DNA of 63,958 nt. Origin: Chiloscyllium plagiosum (lineage: Eukaryota). The notes below the pieces were generated by a model. The model made no database searches, was not told the DNA's origin, and saw only the letters and a list, made by a program, of their open reading frames with translations. Each line of letters begins with the position of its first letter. Within the stretch, counting starts at the first letter, position 1. The position numbers were made by a program, and so were the translations under genes. The stretch is taken from NCBI RefSeq assembly GCF_004010195.1, contig NC_057741.1, positions 42,634,941 through 42,698,898 on the forward strand, written 5' to 3'. Below are positions 11,939 through 24,424 of the stretch, piece after piece.

Positions 11939-13513
11939 GCCAATAAATTACTCAAAATATTGTTAAAATGAAATATTTGGTTTCTTGAAATGATAAATCT
12001 TGCACATTCTTTATATAACTTGCGCTTCCCAGGTTTCTAAAAGTAGCTAATTTCCATTTAGGTACTTAATATGTGCCTCTCGACCTGGCACCTCCCAGCA
12101 GAGTCTGCTTCAGACTGTTTGAATCGTTAGTATATCTGTCCAGCATAGACTTTCAGTCCAGAGACAGAGAGTGTGCACGACTATGTTCCTGTTGATCAAC
12201 ATTCTATTGGAGCACAACTCAACACAGTGGAAGGAGACTCAGTACACAGGTAAATGATCATTTATTTTAGCAGGTATGCAAGGAAAGCTAGTCTTACCAT
12301 CATAGAGTATTAAACCAATTCTGCAAAGTTATAGACACCTTTCGTACAAAACATTATATTTCAATTCCCACTCTTTTGCCCAGATGTCTTACATTATCTA
12401 TTGTTTTCCCCACAATTCACATGGGTAGAATACTGCTCCTACATTACCAACCCTTGATTGTCTGCAGGTTTCTGTCTGTTATCCAGTCTTTGTCAGTTGG
12501 TGGTTCTCATTTGCTTTTGCTATTACTGACAATAAATGACTGAAAATTTTACATGATTACATGATTAATTCATTCCATACTAGCTCAAACTAAATTGCTT
12601 AACAAGTTAATTTTAAATGGGAATTCACTTGGTGTGTAACCTGTAGACAGTCTTGATTTCATCTCGAAGATCCATCAAAAATCAAGTCCTACGAAACTAA
12701 ATTTAATGAAATTTGCAATTACAAAAAATAACACATGGGTTAACAGTTCCAGTTATTAATTGGAGCTATGTACTTGCATCTTATTTTCCGGTCACTCCTC
12801 CTCTTAATTCCCATTTAAATGTTATAGTCACTGCCTTGATATCCAAAGTATTCTTTATTCAAGTGACCCTTTGCAAAATATTTTGATGTCCTCAATTGCT
12901 CTTCTATGGTTGATTTGCTTTTGCCATTAATAACTGGTTCATTAACAGCTGAAAGTTTCATGTTTTATTGACCTTTTCAAAATTATGAAGGAAGAATTTA
13001 TTAGCTTATACCATGACACCAAGTTTATAAAAACAAAGTTAAACTTTCAAATCTTTCCTCATAACTGCAACTCATTCAGCATTTTAGTACATTTTTGTTG
13101 TACCAATTCCATGGCTATAATCCCCTATTATGCAAGTGCCTAGAACTCCAAATTCTCATTTTCAATACCAATCTATTGAACTACTAAAATTGTTGTTAAA
13201 CCAAAACTGCCTTTCTCTTCATTTAACCAAGCAATGAGATTAAGACATTTGTACTAAACTTCAGTTAAATTCTTAGGTACATTTAAAATCAATTGATGTC
13301 TATCGCAATAGCCTGAAAATACCCAAAATGTGCCATTTTCAAACAGGAACACAACCATGTTCAACCCAATAGATGTATAAACAAACACTAAATAGATTAT
13401 TTATTTTTAACAGAACTAGTATCATACAGTTTCATTTTACCTCCGACAGTATTCTGGGACTGGAAAAAAAAAGTGTCAGATATGCCCATATGACTGACAT
13501 ACCTGTAAATAAT

Positions 13514-13870
13514 GGGGAGGCAATGACCTAGTCATATTATTGCCCGATAGTTAATCTAGAGACTCAGGTAATCTTGTGGGTATCGAGGTTCAAATCCCAC
13601 CATGGCAGATGGTGGAATTTGAATTCAATAAAAGTCTGGAATTAGGAATCTAAGACGACCATGAATCCATTGTCAATTGTTGGAAAAAACCCATCTGGAT
13701 CACTAATGTCCTTTAGAGAAGTAAACTGCGATCTTTACCTTGTCTGGCCTCCATGGGAATTCAGATCCACAGGAATGTGGTTGACTCTTAACTGCCGTCT
13801 GGATGATTAGGGATGGGCAACAAACGCTGGCCTAGCCAGCAACACCCTCACCCCATGAATGAACTTAAAA
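13514..13870 (+). mobile_element. tRNA-derived SINE of a second family
   Basis: GGTTCAAATCCC B box; 3' tail GGGATGGGCAACAAACGCTGGCCTAGCCAGC shared with 10590-10645, 24075-24130 and 50255-50315. Confidence 0.7.
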
Positions 13871-14143
13871 AATTAAATAGTACAAAATAATTGGGCTTGC
13901 AATTCTGGAATATTTGGATAGATGTTCATTACAATTCTCTTGTTACTTCCAGACTTTAATCGCTGTATAAGAACTCTACTCAACTTCATATAGAAATCAT
14001 TAACTTGTCTCGGATTCTAGTTTCATTTTGTATTTTGTAAACTATTAGCTCTGGGTTCCAGAACTATTACTTCAAAATTAAATAAATGTAAGCTACTTTT
14101 AGAGTACACAGCAGGCTGAAACAGAACTGGACATCAGATTATC

Positions 14144-14419
14144 TTAACCTTCACTCTTATCCTTCTCCCTGGGCAATCTTCCCAGCATATAAAACTCTTC
14201 ATTTGGATGCAAATCGATAAGGTGAGCTAGGCGATTGGACATTGCAAAAAATGCAGTTATCGCAGCAATGTCCCAAGCATCCTCATGATCAAATCCATGC
14301 ATCTCTAGTTTTTTAAGATGATCTTCACTGATGTTTTCTGCATTGCTCACAGCGACAGCAAAATCCAACATGGCATGTTGCCGATCATCCAAGTCCGCCA
14401 GGTGTCTGTTCACAACCAC
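14144..14419 (-). CDS. AhpD-like peroxidase-related enzyme, exon 5 (last)
   Basis: Acceptor TTTCTTTTAAG; VVVNRHLADLDDRQHAMLDFA...EDAWDIAAITAFFAMSNRLAH...PNEEFYMLGR...SEG-TAA, typical of the peroxidase-related enzyme C-terminus. Confidence 0.92.
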   Translation of the reverse strand: MVVNRHLADLDDRQHAMLDFAVAVSNAENISEDHLKKLEMHGFDHEDAWDIAAITAFFAMSNRLAHLIDLHPNEEFYMLGRLPREKDKSEG

Positions 14420-14521
14420 CTTAAAAGAAAAAGGCAAAAGAGAGGTTACATGTCCAACAATTAAAACAGTCAATTTCAAAGCTTTGACTTTGTGAAAATT
14501 GATTATTTTATTAGTACTCAC

Positions 14522-14652
14522 CTGGTCTGCTAGAATTGGATTTTTGGAATATATCCGATGTAGGGCACTATGTGCAATAACACAGTAGGGACAATGGTTA
14601 TTAGCACTTGTGGCCACAATAATAAGCTCTCTATCTGCTTTGCTGAGATTAC
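14522..14652 (-). CDS. AhpD-like peroxidase-related enzyme, exon 4 (catalytic CPYC)
   Basis: Acceptor TTTCTCTAG, donor GTGAGT; (G)NLSKADRELIIVATSANNHCPYCVIAHSALHRIYSKNPILADQ. Confidence 0.93.
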
Positions 14653-15274
14653 CTAGAGAAACGTTTCAGGCATCAGATGGGAACCGAAAGAGAAAAGTTA
14701 AAACATTGAAAGTTAGAAAGAAATTAGACGTTTCAATAGCTTGCTCCAAAACTATCTATTTGTTAGTTATAAATCACAAAATGCAAATAGAGAGCTTGAT
14801 ATGGCAGGCACTCAGATACATTGCATGACAATTAGAACTGGAAACTAAATATTCAAGCAAGTAAAGTCCACAGGACACAACGCTAGATTTGTTTGACAGC
14901 AAATAAAATGTAAGATAGGAGAGACTTTATGGGTAAAATTTAACATTTTAAAAATGATAAGTCTTTATGGGAATTTTATATAGACATCCTGATTGCAGCT
15001 CTGAAGGAATTGCTGGTATAAATGTAGCAAAGGGAGGGTGGGTTTAATGAAGACTTTGTAATGTTAGTATAAATTTGTATATGCAAATTAGCATCAGGAA
15101 GGAACCGACTTCCTGAGTGTGTTCAGGATAATTTGCTGCAACAATAAATTGTAAAACTATCCAAAGGAAAGCAGTTGATAGAAACAGGGGGAGCGGCAAC
15201 ATGTAAACCACTTGCTGAAAGGAAGCAGACAGATACAGCAGGCAGTGCAGAATGCAAACAATTTTTAAAAAAAT

Positions 15275-15455
15275 TTAGAATCCCTACAGTGTGCAAACAG
15301 GCCATTCAGACCAACGAATCCACACCAATCCTCTGAATGACATCCCACCCAGACCCACCCTATAACCCTGCATTTCCCATTGCTAACATATCTAACTTAA
15401 ACATCCCTGGACACTAAGGGGTAATTTAGCATGGCCAATTCACCTAACTTGCACA
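15275..15455 (-). mobile_element. HE1-like SINE 3' half (intronic)
   Basis: Reverse of GGTTAGGTGAATTGGCCATGCTAAATT plus tail. Confidence 0.7.
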
Positions 15456-16889
15456 TGGTGAAAACATTCAAGTACAGTTGTACAAGACCTTGGTGAGAGC
15501 ACATCTGGAGTCTTGAGAGAAGTTTTCTCTCCATATTGGAAGAAGGATATTCTGGCCATGGGGGGATTGTACCATAGGTTTATCAGACTGATTCCTGGGA
15601 TGGCAGAACTGACGTATGAATGGAGGCTGGATTGGTTAGAACCATATTTTGTTGGAAGGATCCAACAAAAACATATAAAATTCTGATAGGACTAGACAAA
15701 GTAAATGCAGGAAAAATGTTCCAGATGACCAGGAAGGCCAGAAAAAAGGGTCTCAGTCTAAGAATATGGGATACTGAGATGGTAGAAAATTTTGTCATCC
15801 AGAGGGTGGTGAGGCTGTAAGGATTTGTTACTGCAAAGTGGCTACGGCCAAAATATTGAATGTTTTCAAGAAATAATTATTGTTATTGTAGATAGCATAG
15901 AAAATAGGAGTAAGCCATTCAATCCGAGAGTCTTCTCCACTATTTGATATAACCAAGGCTGATCATCCAACTCAATAGCCTGTTCTTGCTTTCACCTCCT
16001 ACCATTTCCTTTGATCCCATTAGCCACAACTGTTGCATCTAGTTAATAAAATTGAATTGCCGATAGCCATAGACTAGTGTAAGATCTTCCAAACAAGGCT
16101 TCAGTTCAGTTAGAAATCAATCTGGATCCAATGTTTTTAAATAGAGATCACTCTAGCTTTTCACCGTTTACAAGACTATCAAAATACTGTGTCTGAAAAC
16201 TTTCAATTCTCAAGTACTTCAACCAAGAGGAAGAGTCTCAATATTCTTAGAACTATACTCCTCCTTCTTCGCCCCTTTGGTTTGTTAAACAAAAAACAGT
16301 CAAGAGACAATTGTGAGGCATCCATTCTCACTAAGGCTCCCACAGTCTCTTTCAAAGCCATGCATTCCAGCAATTCGGGGCAATAAATCCCATCTATCAT
16401 TTCCCTAGAAGTTTTGCTTGGCTATTTTACCAAAGTAATTTAATTTTCTACAATCAGCAGGCAGATCACAGCCCACGATGAATTGTAGACCTCATTTCCA
16501 AGAAATCACAGACTCTCTTCAAACCTTAGGTGAAAATCTTTTTAACCCAGAAAGAGTCCAAACAGTTCAAAATCTTCCACTTCCTTCCTTTAGTCATATA
16601 GAACTTGGGTATTGCTAAAATAAAAACACTTGGTTAAAGCTTTTCATCTTGCCCATCAGGATATTTCACAAGGATATCAATTCAAAGAGAAAAATCAATC
16701 AAGTTTCATGAGATGACTACAATTGCAGTATTAATGTTTATTTTCACCTTCAAAATTGATACTCTTGCAAATCTCCTGATGAAAATCTTTAAAATGACTT
16801 TTTTGTTTGAGCAATACTCAAATAGATAGGCATCCCCAACACAATTAACCCACATTACTTTTGTCCCAGATCATCATTTCTAAAACTTT

Positions 16890-17205
16890 CTAAGATGTTT
16901 CCATTGGTAGGAGAGACTAGGACCTGAGGGTAGAGCCTTAGAGTAAAGAGAAGACCTTTTAGAACAGTGATAAAGGAGAAACGTCTTCAGCCAGAGTGGT
17001 GAATCTATGGAATTCACTGTCACAGAAGGCTGGAGGGGCCAGGTCATTGAGTATACTTAAGACGGAGATAGACAGGTTCTTGATTTTAAAGGAGATCAAG
17101 GGTTACAGGGACAATGCAGAAGAATGGGGTTGAGAAACTTATCAGTCATTGATCAGAGCAGACTTGATGGGCTGAATGGCTTAATTTCTGCTCCTATGTC
17201 TATTG
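16890..17205 (+). mobile_element. CR1 LINE 3' end (intronic)
   Basis: Matches 41420-41670 and the CR1 3'UTR (GGGCTGAATGGC...CTCCTATGTCT). Confidence 0.75.
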
Positions 17206-18541
17206 TCTTTCCCAGTGAAATTCGATCTCTAATTGTTGGGTTTATTGATATACCCTTTTTCGAACAAAGGGTAACATTTGCAATCCTCCAGTCCTCAAGC
17301 ATTACCAGAGCCCACAGAAGATTGAATGTTATGGCCACTGCTTTCCAATTTCAACTCACTTTCCTCAGAATCCGTGAATAAGGCATCAGATGAGATGCCT
17401 CATCAGCTTGAAGTGCAAACAGCCCCCCGACATTTCCTGAAACATTCTCACTGTTGTCTAACCATATTTTGCTCAAGCAATTTATAATAGATTTATTAGG
17501 CACAAATGGGTTAAAATACATTTAGCACAAATTAAAGTTGCACTTCCTGGAATTTAGGTTAAGGGGCCACTTGATGAAAGATTTCACGATATGAAGAGGA
17601 ACAAGCAGACTGACAGATTATTCCACTGTTTGGAGGCACTAAGGCTCAGGGGCACAGTCTAAAACTAGAGCCAGACGTTTCAGGACTGAAATTAAGAAGC
17701 ACTTCCTTCACAAGAAAAAGGTCTCTTCTGCAAATGGCAACTGATGTTAGATCGGCTAGATCAATTATTCATTTTAAATCAGAGATGGATAGATCTTTGT
17801 TAACAAAACACACTACATAACATGATGTTTAGCGAGGGATATGTGGTTATACCACAGATTAGCAGTTATCTTATTGAATGGTGGCAGAACAAGCTTGATG
17901 AACTAAATAACCTCCTCCAATAAACAAATAGAATAGGGGAGGAACTCAATTCTTTTAGACAGCACCTTCAGCACTCATTTACCTGATAACATGATTATAT
18001 GCTTAAAATCACATACAGTAAACCTCTATCGAAATTCTTCACTAACTCAAAAGTATCCATCCCATTGTCTTGCTTTAGCATTTTTTACCCGAAATACCTA
18101 ATCATTCCTTCCTTCAAAAATGGAACGGTTTCTCAGATTTTAGAAGAGTTCAGCTGCTCTCCTGATAGAAGGAAAACTAGCAGCCCACCATTTAACAGAA
18201 TTATTGAATTACATTTTGTAACTCACCAGAATAGGATTTCAGCTCACTATTTCTTGCTTGGTATTCTCCTATTATATATCCCCCCCACTTCCACAATCCC
18301 ATATTTAGTCACCCACCCCATTACCCAGTGACTTGATAAACATCTTAATTTTCAGCTGCTAATCCCAGATTTAAAATACAAAGATTGGGAAGTGAAAAAA
18401 ACTTACAAATATTTGTCACTGCAAAAGCAGTTAAATACATAAAACTAAGTACCCACCAAAACAAAAATACATGTTCTGTGAATTTTAGATCTACATCTCA
18501 ATTTAGAGACAAAGTATTAGATAAATTCATTTTTTTTTTAC

Positions 18542-18641
18542 CTGTTTCTTTGTTCATTAGGGCATTGTAGTATGCAAAGAACACCCTGAATTCCACAGGC
18601 CGATAGGAAAGCACCTTGAATATGTTTGGCAAAAAACCACT
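18542..18641 (-). CDS. AhpD-like peroxidase-related enzyme, exon 3
   Basis: Acceptor TTTCTGTTTCGCAG, donor GTAAAA; SGFLPNIFKVLSYRPVEFRVFFAYYNALMNKET(G), containing the family GFxPNxF motif. Confidence 0.92.
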
Positions 18642-19825
18642 CTGCGAAACAGAAAGATCACTGAAATTATACTGCATAGTTCTGCAGATCACGCACACCT
18701 CAAATTGGACAAAAATGGCATTCAAAAAAATTTCAAAACATAAATTCACTGTAGCAGATGAAAAGTAGAAGGATGAAAACAACAATGTTTCTCCCTTTCT
18801 CCCACGAGTTTTAAACTTGAGAAACTACCAAAACAATGGCTGAGAAAATGGAGAGGAAATGAAAGTAGCTACCAGAATTCTGAAGAAACATTTGTGGTAG
18901 ATGAAACTCTGGAGACATGATGTACTTGAACTCTAGAAAGTTGACGACATGTTACCACACAAAGAATTAAGAGAAGATTAGAAAGCACAGAAGCTTGGTT
19001 ACAAATGAATTAAAAGGCAATAAGAGAGAGTACAAGTTGGGGAAAGTTTCTTGAGGAGTGTGGCAACGACCCTCTAGATTCAGTGTCGGGGCCATTTCAT
19101 TTCACTCTGAACATCATGATTTGGATATGGAGTATGTTGAAACTTGTAGATTATGCCACAATAAGAGATGCAGAAAATCTCTCAAAAAAAAAGGGAGAAA
19201 AGCCGCAAAGGGCTATGGTCAGGGTACATGAGGTTATGCATGTTGTGATATAATAGAAATTACATAGTGGATTACAAGTTCAAGACTGGGGAAAAGAAGA
19301 AGAATTTAAGATGCAGGATATGAAGGATACTTGTTTCAAAAAAAAAAGTTAATGAAATTCTAGATTGTATCACAAGATATGAAAATACAAGTTAGGTGGC
19401 AACCATGGACCAATATAGTATCTTGCCAAGGGACCACTGTATGCAATATTGAGCTCTATTCTATGGAAAGCGTACTGACACTTAAACAGTATAAGAGGGA
19501 TTCAGGGGTTAAGCCCTGATGAGCGATTATAAAAGTTGGTCTGTTTAGGGGTGATCTGATCAAAGTCTTCAAGATGATACCAGGAAAGGACAGGGTAGAT
19601 AAAAGATAAACTAGTTCCTCTGGTTGAAGATTCTAGAGCTCGGTTGCATAGTCTTACATTTAGAAGATTAAGAACAGAATGCAGATGAAATCACTTCAGA
19701 GAAAAACAGACTGTGGAATTTATTTCATTTCAAGGGTTAGTGGCTGACAAACAGTCAATATTCAAGATTAGATTCCAAAGGATAAGGATAACAAAAGGGA
19801 TTTGGGAACAGGGCTGTGACTAAGA

Positions 19826-19965
19826 TAAAAATCACAATACCAGGTTATAGTCCAACTAGCTCCGAAAGCTAGTGTGCTTCCAATTAAACCTGTTGGACCA
19901 TAACCTGGTGTTGTGTGATTTTTAACTTGGTACACCCCAGTCCAACACCAGCATCTCCAAATCGT
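19826..19965. mobile_element. Short palindromic Penelope-derived element (family B)
   Basis: AAAATCAC...CCAGGTTATAGTCCAAC is inverted against the downstream copy; TAAGATAA flanks both sides. Confidence 0.75.
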
Positions 19966-20116
19966 GATTAAGATAATTTGCTCCCCTTGAGGGTAAAGAG
20001 AGACAAGCAATTGGACCAAATGGTCTATACTAATATTCTAACTTATATTAAGGGTGATGCAGAGCAGAACACCCAGTCAGTCTGTGCAGTTTCATTAACA
20101 AAACTGATAACAACTG

Positions 20117-20452
20117 GGGGTGGCAGGTGGCTCAGTGGCTAGCACTATTGCCTCTCAGTGCCAGTGGCTTGGATTCGATTCCAGCCTCAGGAGACTGTGC
20201 GAATTCTACACACATTCTCCCCGTGTCTGCATGGGTTTCCTCCGGGTGCTCCAATTTCCTCCCCGGGTGCAGCTTAGTTGAACTGGCCATCCTAAATTGC
20301 CCACAGTGTTCAGGGATGTGTAGTTTAGGTGCATTGTTCAGGGGTAAATATTGGAAAATAGGGTAGGGGAATGGGTCAGGACGGGTTACTCTTCGGAGGG
20401 TCAGTGTGGACTTGTTGGGCTGAGGGCCTGTTTCCAAACTGTAAGGATTCTA
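20117..20452 (+). mobile_element. HE1-like V-SINE (intronic)
   Basis: tRNA-like head, V-domain and tail as at 11645. Confidence 0.85.
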
Positions 20453-20638
20453 AGATGTCCTTGTGTATCAGCATTTGAGAACAAAACTTTTAATTAGGAC
20501 ATGATCAAAATGTCACCTTCATGCCAGTTGATAAAATGGATTTTTTAACCACAGTTGGAGGCTAGATAACTAACTTAAATGTAATCAAAAATTCATATAT
20601 TTTACACGACATCAATACTCAGCATTCCAACAGTCTAC

Positions 20639-20806
20639 CTTAGTTTCAACCTCCTCCATCAGTTCGACAATGTCATACGGCAGATCCTTCTTATATGGGA
20701 CAGGATATCGCCCAATTAGTTGCTGAGGTTTCTCAGACTTCGTGCTGTATTCCAACTTGCAAGTAGGTCTTATTCTTATCCATCTTGACGTTAACACAAA
20801 GGAAGA
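20639..20806 (-). CDS. AhpD-like peroxidase-related enzyme, exon 2
   Basis: Acceptor CTCACTTTCTAG, donor GTAGAC; SSFVLTSRWIRIRPTCK...IGRYPVPYKKDLPYDIVELMEEVETK. Confidence 0.88.
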
Positions 20807-20959
20807 CTAGAAAGTGAGCAGAAATAAAACTGAACAAAAAACTTCAATTTGTTAAACTTCACAACTGAAAGTGATGACTCAAATTACATGAATTTATCAT
20901 AACAGAAGAAAGTTGCAGAAAAAACTCCTCTCTGAGGAAGATCTCTCTAGTTTGACCAC

Positions 20960-21780
20960 TTTCCTTAGAAAAGTACGTATGGTTTCATTAAGATCAATGC
21001 AGAAATTCTCCCACGCATGGAACATTTCCCCTACTAGGGAGCCACCTTTTATTGAAGGCTGATATTGATGCAGAGATCCAACACAGCATGTGAGCACTGC
21101 CTTTGGACATCCATAATGACACCCAAGATCTTTTGTACAAGGCAGTCATCCTTCCGACTCCTCTATGTGGCTCCAAACCTTGGACAATGTATAAGTGCCA
21201 CTTCAAGACCCTGGCAAGTACAAATCAACACTATTTGAGATGGATTCTCCACATGAGCTGGGAGGACAAGTGTCCTAACATCAGCATTCACGAAGGAGCC
21301 AACAGCACCAGCATCAAGGTCACAATTGTCAGAAAATAAGTTTACTAGCCCCGCCACATGCTTAAGCTACCCAGGTTTCAATTCCCAAAGCAAATCATCT
21401 TCACCCAGCTGAAGGAACACACTTAGAATGAGAGGATCATCAAGGAAACAATTCAAAGACCTCCTGCAGGCTTCCCTCAAGAAATGCAACATATTCATAA
21501 ACGCGTGGGAGACTCTTGCTCAGAAGAAACTGACTTGGAGAAAGTTCCTGTCCAAAGGGACACAATTTTTGAGAACAACTGTTGACAAGAGGCAGTGCAA
21601 AAAAGGAACAGGAAAAAGGAATACCAGCAATTGAGGCCAAGGACAAATTTCATCTTCCAGAAAAAAACAGATCAGAGACATGGCTCTCAAATTGACCTCA
21701 TGAGACACACAAGAGCCAACATAATCCACAAATTTCCTTGGTGGACAATCATATTGCAAAGCAAGTGATTGTCAATGATG
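20960..21780 (+). mobile_element. RTE-clade LINE 3' fragment, decayed
   Basis: LYKAVILPTPLCGSKPWT...LRWILHMSWEDK.PN and KQFKDLLQASLKKCNI...WETLAQ motifs. Confidence 0.75.
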
Positions 21781-21899
21781 ACAGCTTCACAAATGTTCTT
21801 CAATAGGTATGCTTTTCAGTTCAATCTGTTAGATTTACTGTGGCCAAATGTAAACAGAGGTATAGCAAACTGCTCAGCAAGGTACAGTTCAGATTCCAT

Positions 21900-24140
21900 C
21901 AGGACCATTCATCTCCTGACTTCATGACAGACTCTGTTCAAGCATGAACAAAAGTGCTGAATACGAGATGAGGTGAGAGCAACATCAAGGCCATATTTGA
22001 CAGAGCATGGGATGAAGGAGCCCTAGCAAAACTGGAATGAATGGATATCGGAGGTCAACTTTCCACCAGTTGGAGTCAAATACGGTACACAGGAAGATGG
22101 TTTTAGCTGCTGGATGTCAGTCATCTCAGCAGGAGTTCCTCGGGATAGTATCCTAAGCCCAACCTTCTTCAGCTGCTTCAAAGATCTTCCCTCCATCCTG
22201 AGGATGAAATGGAGATGTTCACCACTGATTGCACAATGTTTAGCACCATTCACGACTCCTCAGATCCTAAAGCAGTCCACATTCAAATGCAACAACATAT
22301 AGACAATATTCAAGCTTGGGCTGACAAGCGGTAAATAACATTCAGAGTCACAGAATTAAACAACACGGAAACAGATCATTTGGTCAAGTCATCCGCGACA
22401 CCCAGACATCTGAAACTGATCTGGTCCCATTTGTCAGTATTTGGCCCATATCCTCTGTATTCTTCCTATTCGTAAGATCTAACACATAGGAACAGAAATT
22501 AGGCTAGTTTGCTCTGCAATTCAATCGTGGCTGATAAGTTTCTCAATCCCATTCTCCCTCTTTCTTCCCGTAACCCTTGATACTGAAGAATCTATGTCAG
22601 TGTTAAATATACTCAATGACCTGGCCTCCACAGCCTTCTGTTGCAATGAATTTCATAGATTCACCACACTCTGGCTGAAGAAGTTATCTCAATTCCAAAG
22701 GGTCTTCCCTTTACTCTAAGGTTGTGCCCTTGTGTCTTATTTCCATCCAGATGCCTTTTAAATGTTGTTATAAATTGTATTAACCTCCACCACCACCTCT
22801 CGCAGCTTGTTCCATACACGCACCACTCTCTGCATGAAAAAGTTGCACCTCAGGTCCCTTATAAATCTTTTCCCCCTCTCACCTTAAACTGCCCTCTAAT
22901 TTAAATCTCCTCTATCCTGGTAAGATGATCTTGGCTATTAACACTATCCATGCCCTTCATGATTTTTTTAAACCACTATAAAGATGGCCCATCAGACTCT
23001 GATGCTCCAGGGGAAAAAAAACAGCCTGTTCAATCTCTTCCTATAGCTTAGATCCTCCAAACCAGACAACATAATTGTAAATCTTTTCTGATCCCTTTCA
23101 AGTTTGACAACATTCCCATAGCAGGCACAACATAAATGCCAGGCGATTACCATCACCAGTGAGACACAATCTAATCAGTCCTTGACATTCAATGGTATTA
23201 CGATCACTAAATTCCCCACTATCGACATTTTATTTGAGTCGTGCAAGGCTTACAACTGACCAGAAACCCAACTGGACTCACTATATAAATACAGTGACCA
23301 CAAGAGGAGGTCACAGGCTAGGGATACTTCAGTGAGTAACTCACCTCCTGACTCCCCAAGGGCACAAGTCAGGAATGTGATGGAATGCTCCCCACTTGCC
23401 TGGATAGGTGCAACCAAATCCTGCACCACCAGCACTCAGTTGCAGCAGTGTGCACTTGCCACAAGGTACACTGCAGAAATTCACCAAAGATCACATTCTC
23501 CCAGTATCGGCGTGGGTTTCCTCCGGGTTCTCAGGTTTCCTCCCGCAATCCAAAGATGTGTAGTCAGGTGAATTGGCTATGCTAAATTGCCAACAGTGTT
23601 AGGTGCATTAGTCGGGGTAAATATAGGGTAGGGGAATGGGTCTGGGTGAGTTACTCTTCAAACAATCAGTGTGGGTTTGTTGGACCGAAGGGCCTGTTTC
23701 CATGTAGGAAAATCTAATTTAATCATTAGGCAGCACCTTCCAAACCCACAACCACTTCCAGCTAGAAGAACAAGTGCAGCAGATACATGGGAAGGCGACC
23801 CACTGCCAGTTCCCCTCCAAGCCACACACCATGCTTATTTGGAAATAAATCGTCATTCTCTCCTTGTTGCTAGATCAAAAAACATTGTGGCCAATATATA
23901 GCACATGAAATACAGCGAGGTAAAAACAATGACTGCAGATGCTGGAAACCAGATTCTAGATTAGTGGTGCTGGAAGAGCACAGCAGTTCAGGCAGCATCC
24001 AAGGGGCAGCAAAATCGACGTTTCAGGCAAAAGCTATACTGCGGTTCAAAATAGATTTCACCACGGTCTTCTCAAGGGCAACGAGAAACAGGTAATAAAT
24101 GCTGGGCAACCAGCGAAACCCACACCGCACAAGTGGTTCA
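21900..24140 (+). mobile_element. Old LINE RT remnant split by nested CR1, SINE and Penelope insertions
   Basis: ISAGVPRDSILSPTFFSCFKDLPS and AQVRNVMECSPLAW. The same family occurs reversed at about 27000-27340 and 29990-30770. Confidence 0.65.
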
Positions 24141-24340
24141 AAAAAACTGGCAAACACGAGTAGAAACCTTTCAATTACAGCATCTCACTATAGATGCATG
24201 AAGTCAGCAACAAAACCGTTCTGAAGGAGGGTCACCACACCCAAAATGTTAACTCTGCTTTCTCTCCATTGCTGCTGCTAGCCCTGCAACTTCTGTCAAC
24301 ACTTCAACCAGAATGGGCCTAGGGCTGGATCCAAACTCAC

Positions 24341-24382
24341 CGACAAACGGTACCCCTTTACCACAAAACGCATCCAGCTCAT
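24341..24382 (-). CDS. AhpD-like peroxidase-related enzyme, exon 1 (start of putative mitochondrial presequence)
   Basis: GCCATG Kozak-like start, MSWMRFVVKGYRLS, perfect GTGAGT donor, phase 0 matching exon 2, and promoter motifs directly upstream. Confidence 0.75.
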
Positions 24383-24424
24383 GGCACCACCGTCTAAAGT
24401 GCTTTCTCAGGAATCTTCAAATCT

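Larger units (their letters stand above)
14144..24382 (-). other. Gene span: AhpD/carboxymuconolactone-decarboxylase-fold peroxidase-related enzyme, 5 coding exons, 238 aa
   Basis: complement(join(14144..14419,14522..14652,18542..18641,20639..20806,24341..24382)). All introns are GT-AG with compatible phases (0,0,1,0) and there are no internal stops. Confidence 0.88.

Noticed and set aside
8995-12700. Possible solo LTRs/ERV remnants (about 8995-9397 and 11230-12700; also about 3607-4295)
   Set aside because: TG...CA-like ends are suggestive, but I could not confirm paired LTRs, a primer-binding site, target duplications or gag/pol coding.
13400-13405. PolyA signal for the AhpD-like gene
   Set aside because: One of several AATAAA/ATTAAA candidates in AT-rich sequence; cannot be chosen without transcript data.
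14144-14617. 157-aa single-exon ORF from the track
   Set aside because: It starts at a GTG inside exon 4 and reads through the 102-nt intron. The real gene is spliced and extends to 24382.
14144-24382. Bacterial contamination or recent HGT explaining the AhpD-like sequence
   Set aside because: Four GT-AG introns, most containing host SINEs/LINEs, and a vertebrate-type promoter show it is a long-resident nuclear gene.
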